From: an uncultured Bacteroides sp.
GTDB taxonomy: Bacteria > Bacteroidota > Bacteroidia > Bacteroidales > JACABE01
Direction of reading: 5' to 3'
Assembly (NCBI GenBank): GCA_964618755.1
Contig: CAZUCB010000002.1
Location: forward strand, 1-38,070
DNA: 38,070 nucleotides
The notes beneath the pieces are model-generated. The model was given only the letters and a program-made list of their open reading frames with translations. It was not told the DNA's origin and did not search any database. Below are positions 1 through 8,909 of the stretch, in pieces (the stretch's first letter is position 1; the number at the start of each line of letters is the position of its first letter). Position numbers and translations under genes: made by a program.

Positions 1-2
1 TA

Positions 3-350
3 TATAATTTCCAACGTATTTTTAATATCCGCAAAGGACATGGTGTTCGCAAGGATGATGCACAACCTTATCGTGCAGCAGGACCTGTTACCGTGGAAGA
101 ATACGAATCACGTCAGGAACGTTACGACAAACAAATGAAAGAGTTGATAGGTGTGGATCCTGAGGGAAAAACTACCGAAGAAAAAGTAGCTATTACTCGT
201 GCTTATCGCGAAGATCGCTATGAACAACTGCTTGATGCTGTTTACAAACGTCGTGGATGGAACAAAAACGGAGTTCCTACTATTGAACATCTTAAAAATC
301 TGGGAATGGATTTACCACAACTAATTGAAGTAATTACTCCTTTACAATAA
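3..350 (+). CDS. Aldehyde:ferredoxin oxidoreductase (AOR family, W/Mo-pterin), C-terminal part; 5'-truncated by the window edge
   Basis: The frame is open from position 3 (YNFQRIFNIRKGHGVRKDDAQPYRAAGP...) and ends with LLDAVYKRRGWNKNGVPTIEHLKNLGM. This matches the AOR C-terminal motifs 'R.FN.R.G...DD..P' and 'Y..RGW...GVPT...L..LG'. The ORF-track start at 93 is an internal GTG. Confidence 0.85.
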   Translation, partial: YNFQRIFNIRKGHGVRKDDAQPYRAAGPVTVEEYESRQERYDKQMKELIGVDPEGKTTEEKVAITRAYREDRYEQLLDAVYKRRGWNKNGVPTIEHLKNLGMDLPQLIEVITPLQ

Positions 351-370
351 ATAGTAGAATACTGAGAAAT

Positions 371-404
371 AAAAGGCTCGTTTCAAATGGAACGGGCCTT
401 TTTG
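371..404. terminator. Bidirectional intrinsic terminator between convergent genes
   Basis: AAAAGGCTCGTTTC-aaat-GGAACGGGCCTTTTT hairpin with A-tract before and T-tract after. Confidence 0.85.
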
Positions 405-427
405 TTTATATGATTTTTTTAATTATT

Positions 428-2416
428 TTATCTGATCAGTGTAATAGCACCGCTTTTGATACTCTCTTTGCCAAAGATATCTTTAATAATAATTTTGTAG
501 TTATATACCCCTTGCATAGCTTCTTCATTTCCTTTTAATCTTCCATTCCATCCTTGGTTAACAGCATTAAAAATTTCTTCGCCCCAACGACTGTATATGA
601 AAATTTCATATTTCTCAACCCCTGTGCATTTTGGGATAAACTCATCATTGTATCCATCGTTATTGGGTGTAAAGCTATTAGGCACATAAAAAGTAACTTC
701 ATTCACTATCACTTTTGCTGTTGAACTATAAACACAACCAAAATTATCAGTAATTGTCAATATTGGATAATAAATTCCACCAATGTGATATTGATGTTGA
801 AAATTATCAGAAGTATATGTGTATCCATCGCCAGTTTTCCAATTTAATTGAGAATAGGGTAATGTGAAATTTGTAAAATTTACCATTGTATATGGATCTG
901 TTATTATTGGAGATATGGTGTAATTTAAAGTTAAAGGTGTAATATAACTAACTATTATTGTATCATAAATCGTATCGCAAATAAAAGCTTTTACCCAATA
1001 TGTTCCAGCTTGAGTAACTGTTATAGAAGCTGTTGTTGCTCCAGTTGACCAAAGATATTGGTAAGCATTTCCTAAACCAGTATGTAAAATTAAACTTTGG
1101 TTTTGACATAGAGTTGTATCATTTCCCAAATTGATACTATTGTTATCTGGGATAAAACAAGCCATGGTCATATTAATATTCATCGTATTTTTTGTAATTG
1201 AAGGAATAAATTCTTGATTAAGCAAATCGAAAGATGAAATATTAGCTGATGTAATGCTTATTTGCTGCTGAGGCATAGTTGAAATATTATTAGTTTGAGT
1301 ACAAGAAAAATCAGTTAATTGGCTGCTTTTGATAAGAATTAAACTATCATTGCTTCCTGAGCGTTCCACAGCAGCACAAATTATTGATTGATTATCCAAT
1401 TCAACAAAATCAGAACCATAAGTAGCCAAATTTTGTGGCGAAGCATCTATTATTTTTTGTTGTATCAATATTCCATTAGCATTAAATTCTGTTAAGCATA
1501 ATTTTGAATTTAAAGAAAGTGCGGAATAAATATTCCCTGTAACCAATAAATTTCCATTGCTAAGTTTTTTTAAAGATTTTAAGGATGATGAGTTAAAAGA
1601 ATTTGAAATCCAATTCAAACCACCACCAGTAGAAAGAGAAAACAGATAACATATACTATCAGATGAACTTGGGTAAGAAGCAAAAATATACTGGTTGCCA
1701 ATTTCAATTGGTTTTGTTGTATAACGTATGTTAAAATAGGAATTTGCCCACATAACATTACCATTGACATTTAGTTTATAAATTAAATTACCACTTCTAA
1801 TCAAAATACCTTCATCAGAAGTATTAATAGCTGAACCCCAAATAGGATTAAAAGCATATCGTTTATACCATACTAAATTACCATTCGAACTTATTTTTGC
1901 AATAGCATTGTAGGCTGATGAACCGCCTATATTATCATGATTTGAGAAAATAAAAAAGTTGCCATCAATAGTTTGTCCAATAGAATAAACATAATCAACA
2001 CCTCCAGGATCAAAAACCTTTACCCAAACAAGATTTCCAATTGACGATAACTTCATTATAAAAGACTTACCGTTATAAGAAATATCATCTAGAGAAGAAA
2101 AATATCCAGTTAAAACAATATTTCCATTATTGTCTGAAATTGCATCTGTTGTTGTTAACGAAGCAGTATCAATGCCATATTTGTATGACCAATTTATTAT
2201 TCCACATTTGTCGTAACTTATTACCACAATTTCGCTTTTTTTCTCGCCAATGGTAAATGACTTTGTGTTGGTTGCGGTAAACCAGCCATTATCATAGTTT
2301 TTTAGCAAAATAACATTATTGTTTATTTTGAAACTGTTTATTTTATTTTGCCATTTTTCCTGTGAAAAAACTTGTAATGAGCAAAAGAAAAAAATCGTAT
2401 AAATAATTATTTTCAT
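428..2416 (-). CDS. T9SS type-B (gliding-motility-associated CTD) secreted protein with propeller-like N-terminus and PKD/Ig-like domains
   Basis: Signal peptide; repeated GNLVW/GNVMW units; NLGNDTTLC...YLWSTGATT spacer; PKD-like W.TGDG...H.Y...G.Y; C-terminal YVPNSFTPNNDGYNDEF...IYSRWG...GWNG...GVY.Y...GAITLIR. Confidence 0.85.
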   Translation of the reverse strand: MKIIIYTIFFFCSLQVFSQEKWQNKINSFKINNNVILLKNYDNGWFTATNTKSFTIGEKKSEIVVISYDKCGIINWSYKYGIDTASLTTTDAISDNNGNIVLTGYFSSLDDISYNGKSFIMKLSSIGNLVWVKVFDPGGVDYVYSIGQTIDGNFFIFSNHDNIGGSSAYNAIAKISSNGNLVWYKRYAFNPIWGSAINTSDEGILIRSGNLIYKLNVNGNVMWANSYFNIRYTTKPIEIGNQYIFASYPSSSDSICYLFSLSTGGGLNWISNSFNSSSLKSLKKLSNGNLLVTGNIYSALSLNSKLCLTEFNANGILIQQKIIDASPQNLATYGSDFVELDNQSIICAAVERSGSNDSLILIKSSQLTDFSCTQTNNISTMPQQQISITSANISSFDLLNQEFIPSITKNTMNINMTMACFIPDNNSINLGNDTTLCQNQSLILHTGLGNAYQYLWSTGATTASITVTQAGTYWVKAFICDTIYDTIIVSYITPLTLNYTISPIITDPYTMVNFTNFTLPYSQLNWKTGDGYTYTSDNFQHQYHIGGIYYPILTITDNFGCVYSSTAKVIVNEVTFYVPNSFTPNNDGYNDEFIPKCTGVEKYEIFIYSRWGEEIFNAVNQGWNGRLKGNEEAMQGVYNYKIIIKDIFGKESIKSGAITLIR

Positions 2417-2456
2417 TGTAATGTTAACTCAATAAAAGTTTATTTTATAAATAAAT

Positions 2457-2464
2457 CAAAGATA
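2457..2464 (-). promoter_or_regulatory. Bacteroidota -7 promoter element (TATCTTTG) for the T9SS type-B gene
   Basis: CAAAGATA on + reads TATCTTTG on -, 40 nt upstream of the ATG; matches TAnnTTTG. Confidence 0.5.
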
Positions 2465-2489
2465 TAAATACCAATATTATACAAAACAA

Positions 2490-4355
2490 TTAGTCCAGTT
2501 TTTCGTACACTGAATTTTGACTTTTATATTCAGGTACTATTTCCTTCATTTTCATTACCAATTCAAAATTATCTTGCTTTTGAATTAATTCAATAAGTTC
2601 TTCTATTTGTTCAAAAAAAATCTTTTTGTCAGTTTCCCTTACTTTTGCAATCATAATTTTGGGATGATGTGTAGGTAAAGTATTTTCTTTCGTATTTAAC
2701 AATTCTTCATATAGCTTTTCTCCAGGTCGCAAACCGGTGTATATTATCTGAATATCCTTACCTAATGTTAAATTAGAGAGTTTTATCATCTTTTTAGCTA
2801 AATCCACTATTTTAACAGATTCCCCCATATCAAAAATAAAAATTTCACCTCCATTGCCCATGTTTCCTGCTTCCAACACCAATTGACAAGCTTCTGGAAT
2901 GGTCATAAAATAACGAGTAATATCAGGGTGTGTGATAGTAACAGGACCTCCTTTAGCAATTTGCTGATTAAACAACGGAATTACCGATCCATTTGATCCT
3001 AAAACATTTCCAAAACGAGTAGTAATAAATTTAGTAACTCCTTTATGGGTTAAAGCTTGCACATACATTTCGGCAATTCGTTTACTAGCTCCCATCACGT
3101 TAGTTGGATTCACTGCTTTATCAGTAGAAACCATTACGAACTTGCTCACACCAAATTCAACAGCAAGGTCTGCAATCAGTTTAGTTCCTCTAATATTAGT
3201 TGTAACTGCCTCATAAGGATTTTCTTCCATCACAGGAACATGTTTGTAAGCTGCTACATGAAATACAATATTTGGCTTAAAGTGATTAAATATTTTTCGC
3301 ATTCGTATTTCATTCTTAATATCTGCAAGGATAAATTCAAAATGAGCTGTTTTATATTTTTCGGCCAATTCAACTTCCAGATTATACAAAGGAGATTCTG
3401 CTTGATCGATGATAATAATTTGTTTATGTGGAAATTCAGCAATTTGACGAACCATTTCACTTCCAATAGAGCCACATGCTCCAGTAATTAGTATAGTTTT
3501 ATCTGCTAAATCAGCACTTATTTTATGCTTGTCAAGGTTAATAACATCTCTTTCTAGCAAATCATCAATTTTCACCTTTTTAATCTGTTTAAAACTAAGT
3601 TCTCCATTAATCCAACGACTTACAGGAGGAATGCTAAGCACTTTGGTATTATTTTGCAAACATGTTTCGATAAGTTCTTGCTTTCGAGCTGTACTTATCT
3701 TTTGAATGGCAATAATCATGTGTGCTACTGTATTTGTTGAAAGAATTTCTGAAATTTTATCTGAGGCATAAATTGGAATATTTACTAATTTTTTACCTAC
3801 TTTTTTTTCATTATCATCAAAGAAAGCAATTACTTTGTATTTCGTTCCAGCATCTCTATCCAATGCTGCTTTAGCAATTACAGCGGCTTCACCTGCTCCA
3901 AAAATAACAACATTAGTTTTATCACGATTAGGATTCAAATATTCAGCATACGCAAGTTTTACTAACATACGAAGTGAAATCATTACAAAAGTAGTAACCA
4001 GAAAATCAATAATTATTATTGAAAATGGAATGATAAAAATATGATTGTATGTATAATATGTAAAAACATTTATTAACCCAAAAAATACACTACCAAAAAA
4101 GCTTATTAAAAAAATACGCAAAGCATCATCAGTACTAGTATAACGAATTATTCCAATGTAGGATCTTGTTATTAAAAAACTTATGAGACGTACTGATAAT
4201 ATAATCCCTAAAACTAATGGCAAATCTAGTATAACATATGTAGGAATTGAAAAATTAAAACGAAGAAGGAATGCCAGAATTACCGAAAATAAGCAAATTA
4301 CGATATCAATGACTAAAATAATCCAAGATGGTGTATTCCTTTTAAAAAAAAACAT
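2490..4355 (-). CDS. Membrane-bound nucleoside-diphosphate sugar 4,6-dehydratase (CapD/PglF/WbpM family)
   Basis: Four N-terminal TM helices; CoA-binding-like FGAGEAA; ITGACGSIGSE; HVAAYKHVP; STDKAVNPTNVMGASKR; RFGNVLGSNGSVIP; GLRPGEKLYEEL. Confidence 0.93.
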   Translation of the reverse strand: MFFFKRNTPSWIILVIDIVICLFSVILAFLLRFNFSIPTYVILDLPLVLGIILSVRLISFLITRSYIGIIRYTSTDDALRIFLISFFGSVFFGLINVFTYYTYNHIFIIPFSIIIIDFLVTTFVMISLRMLVKLAYAEYLNPNRDKTNVVIFGAGEAAVIAKAALDRDAGTKYKVIAFFDDNEKKVGKKLVNIPIYASDKISEILSTNTVAHMIIAIQKISTARKQELIETCLQNNTKVLSIPPVSRWINGELSFKQIKKVKIDDLLERDVINLDKHKISADLADKTILITGACGSIGSEMVRQIAEFPHKQIIIIDQAESPLYNLEVELAEKYKTAHFEFILADIKNEIRMRKIFNHFKPNIVFHVAAYKHVPVMEENPYEAVTTNIRGTKLIADLAVEFGVSKFVMVSTDKAVNPTNVMGASKRIAEMYVQALTHKGVTKFITTRFGNVLGSNGSVIPLFNQQIAKGGPVTITHPDITRYFMTIPEACQLVLEAGNMGNGGEIFIFDMGESVKIVDLAKKMIKLSNLTLGKDIQIIYTGLRPGEKLYEELLNTKENTLPTHHPKIMIAKVRETDKKIFFEQIEELIELIQKQDNFELVMKMKEIVPEYKSQNSVYEKLD

Positions 4356-4384
4356 AGTATTATTTTTTTGTTAAATATGAGCAA

Positions 4385-4392
4385 CAAAGGTA
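4385..4392 (-). promoter_or_regulatory. -7 promoter element (TACCTTTG) for the capD-like gene
   Basis: CAAAGGTA on +, 30 nt upstream of the start codon. Confidence 0.5.
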
Positions 4393-4665
4393 TAAAAAAA
4401 CATAATTAAAAATACACCTTATAAAAAATCACGTTTTTATAAAAGGCGTTATATTGATTCCTATTCATTTAATTTTTTAAATACTAGACATTTTTCGCAT
4501 CAAAACAAATCTAAATATATTGATAAATAACTACTTGATTCATTTTTCAATTAAAAAGGCATCTGCTGATGAAGAAAAAAACAATTCAAAGCTTAAAACT
4601 AAGTGTATTTATTTAAAATTAATAAAAAAAGTTTTCATTCATGCATTTTTTTATTAATCTACCAA

Positions 4666-5439
4666 CTATACCATCCTTTTTATAAGCCTCAATTGGTGAG
4701 TATATTTTTGTAATGATTCATTATAAATACCTTGGTGATCAATAGTATCAATGCGTACATTGCCAGATGCATGGATAATTTTATTGATAGCATAAAGAAT
4801 ACCTACGTGAACAATATTACCTTCGGTATTGTCGAAAAATAATAAATCACCAATTTCAGCTTCGGATAAAAAACTGAGGGTTTCACCTAACAAAACTTGC
4901 TGAGATGCATCTCTAGGTAAACCATAACCAGCTAATTTATAAACCATTTGAGTAAACCCAGAACAATCAATTCCAAAATGAGTACGTCCTCCCCATAAAT
5001 AGGGTGCACCCAAATATTGGGCAGCATATTTGATAATATTTTCTTTTTGGGAAGTTGGTATAATAAAATTCCCATTTAAAGTATAGGCTTTGTTAATAAA
5101 AATAAATTGATCTTCAGATAGTATAGGTATTGAACTTCCCATTAACAAAGGGAATGAAATTCCTGTTGCATTTTCAATTACAGAAGATGTTGTGTTGCAT
5201 ATTAAAACTTTAGGTTGGTTTCTAATAAATCCCATTTCTGATGTATCCAAACTCAGAAATTGTCGTTGATGTATCCAGCCTATATAATTATCGGAATGAG
5301 TTAAGATTTGAATCCAATTTTCATGCTGACTTAAAATATCAAAACTTTCGCCAAAAAGCAATTGAGAAACCATTTCAGAGGTATGTTCAGCTGTTTTACG
5401 AACTGGAATTACATTTAAATTGCATATACCATGTTGCAT
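4666..5439 (-). CDS. SH3b + NlpC/P60 (C40) peptidase, YkfC/dipeptidyl-peptidase VI-like
   Basis: SEMVSQLLFGE SH3-like N-terminus; PYLWGG, GIDCSGF (catalytic Cys), HVGI and IIHASG. Confidence 0.92.
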   Translation of the reverse strand: MQHGICNLNVIPVRKTAEHTSEMVSQLLFGESFDILSQHENWIQILTHSDNYIGWIHQRQFLSLDTSEMGFIRNQPKVLICNTTSSVIENATGISFPLLMGSSIPILSEDQFIFINKAYTLNGNFIIPTSQKENIIKYAAQYLGAPYLWGGRTHFGIDCSGFTQMVYKLAGYGLPRDASQQVLLGETLSFLSEAEIGDLLFFDNTEGNIVHVGILYAINKIIHASGNVRIDTIDHQGIYNESLQKYTHQLRLIKRMV

Positions 5440-5456
5440 ATTGATATTATTTTTTG

Positions 5457-6050
5457 TTAAATAAGTCCTTTTTCGATAAGATTCACAATAATTTCGATTG
5501 GTTTGTCCTCGCCTTCAGGATCATAAGTTGATTTAAGATTGTAGCCAAACAATCGTGCAAAAGCTTGATAAAAGAAAGCTACAAATTTTCCTCTAAGCTC
5601 CTGAACTAAAGCATAAGAACTACTTCCTGTTTCGCGATATAAAAGTTTAATTAATATTTTCCCTTGCGAAAAAGTAAGATTTTTAAGGTCGCTTCCAAAT
5701 TCAGCTTTAATTTCTTTTTCAGCTTTCTTCATTATCTTCCTGCGTTCGCCATCATTAGATGCTTTAGCAAGTATATCATTGTACTGGCGAAGTTTTAAAC
5801 CTGCTAATTTGGCATAAGGATATACTTTTTTTACATTCCTTACTAATCTTTCAAAGTTTCTTTTATCTTTTTCGCTCAAAAACATTCTTGTTGAACTTAC
5901 ATTAATGGTAGCAAGATCATAATATGGAATAGTATCTCCGTCTAATACCTTAGCATAAGTTACAATACGCTTTGGTTGAATAATTTCTTGTCCTTGCGAA
6001 AAAAAAGGAATTAGCAACAAAAATAGAATAGTGATTTTTCGATTATTCAT
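5457..6050 (-). CDS. DUF4294 family protein
   Basis: Signal peptide; GDTIP, NVKKVYPYAK, LTFSQGKILIKLLYRETG, A.LFGYNLK..YDP motifs typical of Bacteroidota DUF4294. Confidence 0.85.
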   Translation of the reverse strand: MNNRKITILFLLLIPFFSQGQEIIQPKRIVTYAKVLDGDTIPYYDLATINVSSTRMFLSEKDKRNFERLVRNVKKVYPYAKLAGLKLRQYNDILAKASNDGERRKIMKKAEKEIKAEFGSDLKNLTFSQGKILIKLLYRETGSSSYALVQELRGKFVAFFYQAFARLFGYNLKSTYDPEGEDKPIEIIVNLIEKGLI

Positions 6051-6074
6051 AGCGAAAATATTGCTTCAAAAATA

Positions 6075-6082
6075 CAAATTTA
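6075..6082 (-). promoter_or_regulatory. -7 element (TAAATTTG) for the DUF4294-NlpC/P60 unit
   Basis: CAAATTTA on +, 25 nt upstream of the ATG. Confidence 0.45.
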
Positions 6083-6294
6083 CAATTATAAAACGAAGAA
6101 AATCTGAGATTGTTTTATTTGGATTTATTTTATTTAATAATTTGAAAAATACTTTTTTATTCTTGCTTAATATTAGATAATTTGAGCTGTTATAAAATCA
6201 CAAATAAACTAATGAATTTCAACTTATATTTATAAAATTTGAAATTATCATTCTAAATTTTTGCGATAAAACAAGGTAGTTTAAATTATTTTTA

Positions 6295-6302
6295 TACTTT
6301 TG
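6295..6302 (+). promoter_or_regulatory. -7 element (TACTTTTG) for rfaE1-ubiE-porT
   Basis: TAnnTTTG match 23 nt upstream of the ATG at 6326. Confidence 0.5.
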
Positions 6303-6325
6303 CTTTTTAACTCAAACTAAAAAAA

Positions 6326-7339
6326 ATGCTTTCAAACATTAATTTTGATAATTTATTAAAATCATTTAATACACAAAAAGTATTAATAATTGGTGATGTA
6401 ATGATTGACTCCTATTTATTTGGGAAAGTAGATAGAATTTCACCAGAAGCACCTGTACCTGTAGTTGTTGTAAATCAACGAGAAAACAGATTGGGTGGAG
6501 CTGCTAATTGTGCTCTAAATGTTCAGGCATTGGGAGCAGAACCTATTCTTTGTTCAGTAATTGGAGAAGACATAAAAGGGAATGAATTCATTAACCTTTT
6601 ACACGATCATAAAATTTCCGATATTGGTATTTTAAGAAGCAAATCTCGAACTACAACTACTAAGTTTAGGATTATTGGGAATAATACTCAAATGCTAAGA
6701 GTAGATGAGGAAATGATTGATAATTTGACTGATTCTGATGCAGAACAATTTATCGCTTTAATTGGCAAAATTATTGCAAAAAACAAAATTGGCAGTGTAA
6801 TTTTCCAGGATTATGATAAGGGTGTAATTACAGCATCTATATTGGAAAAACTTATTCCAGTTTTCAATGAACTCAATATTCCTATTGCTGTTGATCCAAA
6901 AAAACGAAATTTTCACTTATATAAAAACGTTAGTCTTTTCAAACCCAATTTGAAAGAATTAAAAGAAGGTTTGAAATTAGAATTTAATTCACAGTCCATT
7001 GAAGAACTTTCATCTGCAGTTACCCAATTATTGGAGCTACATAATGTTAGAATTGCACTCACAACATTATCAGAAAAAGGCATTTATCTAAGCTGTAATT
7101 CACGTGAAGGAGGAAGAATAAACGAACTTATCCCAGCTCATATTCGATCTATTGCCGATGTTTCTGGTGCAGGAGATACGGTAATTAGCACTGCAGCTAT
7201 ATGCTTAGCATTAGGTTTAAAAGCTTATGATATTGCTTATATATCAAATTTGGCTGGCGGATTGGTTTGTGAACAAATCGGTGTAGTTCCTGTTGATAAA
7301 GAACGATTACTCGTAGAGTTAAATTCATTAAAGCATTAA
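6326..7339 (+). CDS. rfaE1: D-glycero-beta-D-manno-heptose-7-phosphate kinase (RfaE domain I, PfkB family)
   Basis: IGDVMIDSY..G.VDRISPEAPVPVV, LGGAAN, QDYDKG, VDPK, FKPNLKE, DVSGAGDTV. Confidence 0.92.
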   Translation: MLSNINFDNLLKSFNTQKVLIIGDVMIDSYLFGKVDRISPEAPVPVVVVNQRENRLGGAANCALNVQALGAEPILCSVIGEDIKGNEFINLLHDHKISDIGILRSKSRTTTTKFRIIGNNTQMLRVDEEMIDNLTDSDAEQFIALIGKIIAKNKIGSVIFQDYDKGVITASILEKLIPVFNELNIPIAVDPKKRNFHLYKNVSLFKPNLKELKEGLKLEFNSQSIEELSSAVTQLLELHNVRIALTTLSEKGIYLSCNSREGGRINELIPAHIRSIADVSGAGDTVISTAAICLALGLKAYDIAYISNLAGGLVCEQIGVVPVDKERLLVELNSLKH

Positions 7340-7346
7340 TTACCAA

Positions 7347-8057
7347 TTGGAAAACAAAGAAAATATTGGCAAAAAAGAATATGTTAGAAATATGTTCAAT
7401 AGCATAGCCAAGCGTTATGATTTTTTGAATCATTTTTTATCTATGAATATAGATTATCTCTGGCGTAAAAAAGTAATCTCTATACTAAAATCATCTCAGC
7501 CCAAAAAGATATTAGATGTAGCAACGGGAACTGCCGATTTAGCAATACAAGCTACTATTCTTAAACCAATGCAAATTATTGGAATTGATATTTCTGAAGA
7601 GATGCTCAAAATTGGGCAAAAGAAAATAGCAGACAACAACAAAGATTGTATTATTCAGCTAATTAATGCTGATGCTGAAAATATGCCATTTGAGAACAAT
7701 AGTTTTGACGCTTGTATGGTAGCTTTTGGTGTAAGAAACTTTGAAGATTTAGAACAAGGTTTATCAGAAATGCACAGGGTTTTAAAACCTAATGCTAAGA
7801 TGGTTATACTTGAATTTTCAAAGCCGACTCAGTTTCCCGTAAAACAAATTTATGGTTTATATTTTAAAAGAATATTACCTTTCGTTGGCAAAATAGTTTC
7901 AAAAAACAATAATGCATATATGTATTTACCTGATTCTGTTAGCAAATTTCCAAATCCAGCAAATTTTATAGCATTGCTCAAAAAAATCGGGTTAAAAGAA
8001 ATTAGAGTTCAAAAACTATCTTTTGGAATTGCAAGTATTTATTATGGTGTAAAATAA
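7347..8057 (+). CDS. ubiE: Demethylmenaquinone methyltransferase UbiE/MenG (TTG start)
   Basis: MFNSIAKRYDFLNHFLS, LDVATGTADLAI, AFGVRNF, ILEFS.P, AY.YLPDSV. Confidence 0.95.
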   Translation: MENKENIGKKEYVRNMFNSIAKRYDFLNHFLSMNIDYLWRKKVISILKSSQPKKILDVATGTADLAIQATILKPMQIIGIDISEEMLKIGQKKIADNNKDCIIQLINADAENMPFENNSFDACMVAFGVRNFEDLEQGLSEMHRVLKPNAKMVILEFSKPTQFPVKQIYGLYFKRILPFVGKIVSKNNNAYMYLPDSVSKFPNPANFIALLKKIGLKEIRVQKLSFGIASIYYGVK

Positions 8058-8102
8058 ATAAAAAATAATTCCGTTATTGAAAACTACAATACAAACCAAA
8101 AA

Positions 8103-8825
8103 ATGGGATTTCTAAAAAAAACCACTTATATAATTTTACTTTTATTTTGCTGCACGACTTATAAACAAGTATATGCACAACGTGTTCGTATCCCTAATAA
8201 TCGAAACTATGATTTAAAAGCTTATCATTTTGGATTTTTGTTGGGACTCAATCAAATGAATTTTATTATTAAACCTATTGAAAACTTACGTCCACTTGAT
8301 ACATTATATGGAATTGAATCAACACCAAAAATGGGCTTTAATATTGGAATTGTTGCAGATTTGCGTTTAAATGATTATATAAATCTAAGATTTATACCTT
8401 CTTTATCATTTGGAGAAAGATCGCTCAACTATTTTATTAAATTTAACGATCGTATAGTTTCCAGTGTTGAAAAGAAAGTAGAATCAACCTATATTGAATT
8501 TCCGCTTGAACTTAAGCTGCGATCTCAACGCATGACAAATGTAAGGGCTTATGTGTTAGGTGGAGCAAAATATTGCTTAGATTTGGCCTCGCAAGCCAAA
8601 AAAAAATCTGAGGAAGATGAAATTGTTATAAAGCTTAATAAAAGCGATATTTTATTGGAAATTGGTGTAGGATTCGACTTTTATCTTGTCTATTTTAAGT
8701 TGGGAACAGAACTTAAAATGTCTTATGGGATTACAGACTTATTAATTCGCGAGAACAACTTATATACAGATGGAATTCAACGTCTTAATTCAAAAATGTT
8801 CCAGTTTTCGCTAACTTTTGAATAA
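8103..8825 (+). CDS. porT: T9SS outer-membrane beta-barrel PorT/SprT
   Basis: YD....HFGFLLG.N, GFNIGI, LRFIPSLSF, ESTYIEFPL, G.GFDFY..YFK, terminal FE; follows ubiE as is usual in Bacteroidota. Confidence 0.85.
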   Translation: MGFLKKTTYIILLLFCCTTYKQVYAQRVRIPNNRNYDLKAYHFGFLLGLNQMNFIIKPIENLRPLDTLYGIESTPKMGFNIGIVADLRLNDYINLRFIPSLSFGERSLNYFIKFNDRIVSSVEKKVESTYIEFPLELKLRSQRMTNVRAYVLGGAKYCLDLASQAKKKSEEDEIVIKLNKSDILLEIGVGFDFYLVYFKLGTELKMSYGITDLLIRENNLYTDGIQRLNSKMFQFSLTFE

Positions 8826-8909
8826 ACAACTACAAACAGATCTTAAAATAATTAAAGCTATATTTAATTATTTAATCTCAAATTTTACTTAATAAACTTT
8901 TAGCTTATT

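Noticed and set aside
3057-4374. Short ORFs overlapping the capD-like gene
   Set aside because: Antisense or out-of-frame shadows of a well-supported CDS.
6326-7339. Stand-alone heptose kinase without a fused adenylyltransferase
   Set aside because: Split RfaE domains are common outside enterobacteria; not unusual.
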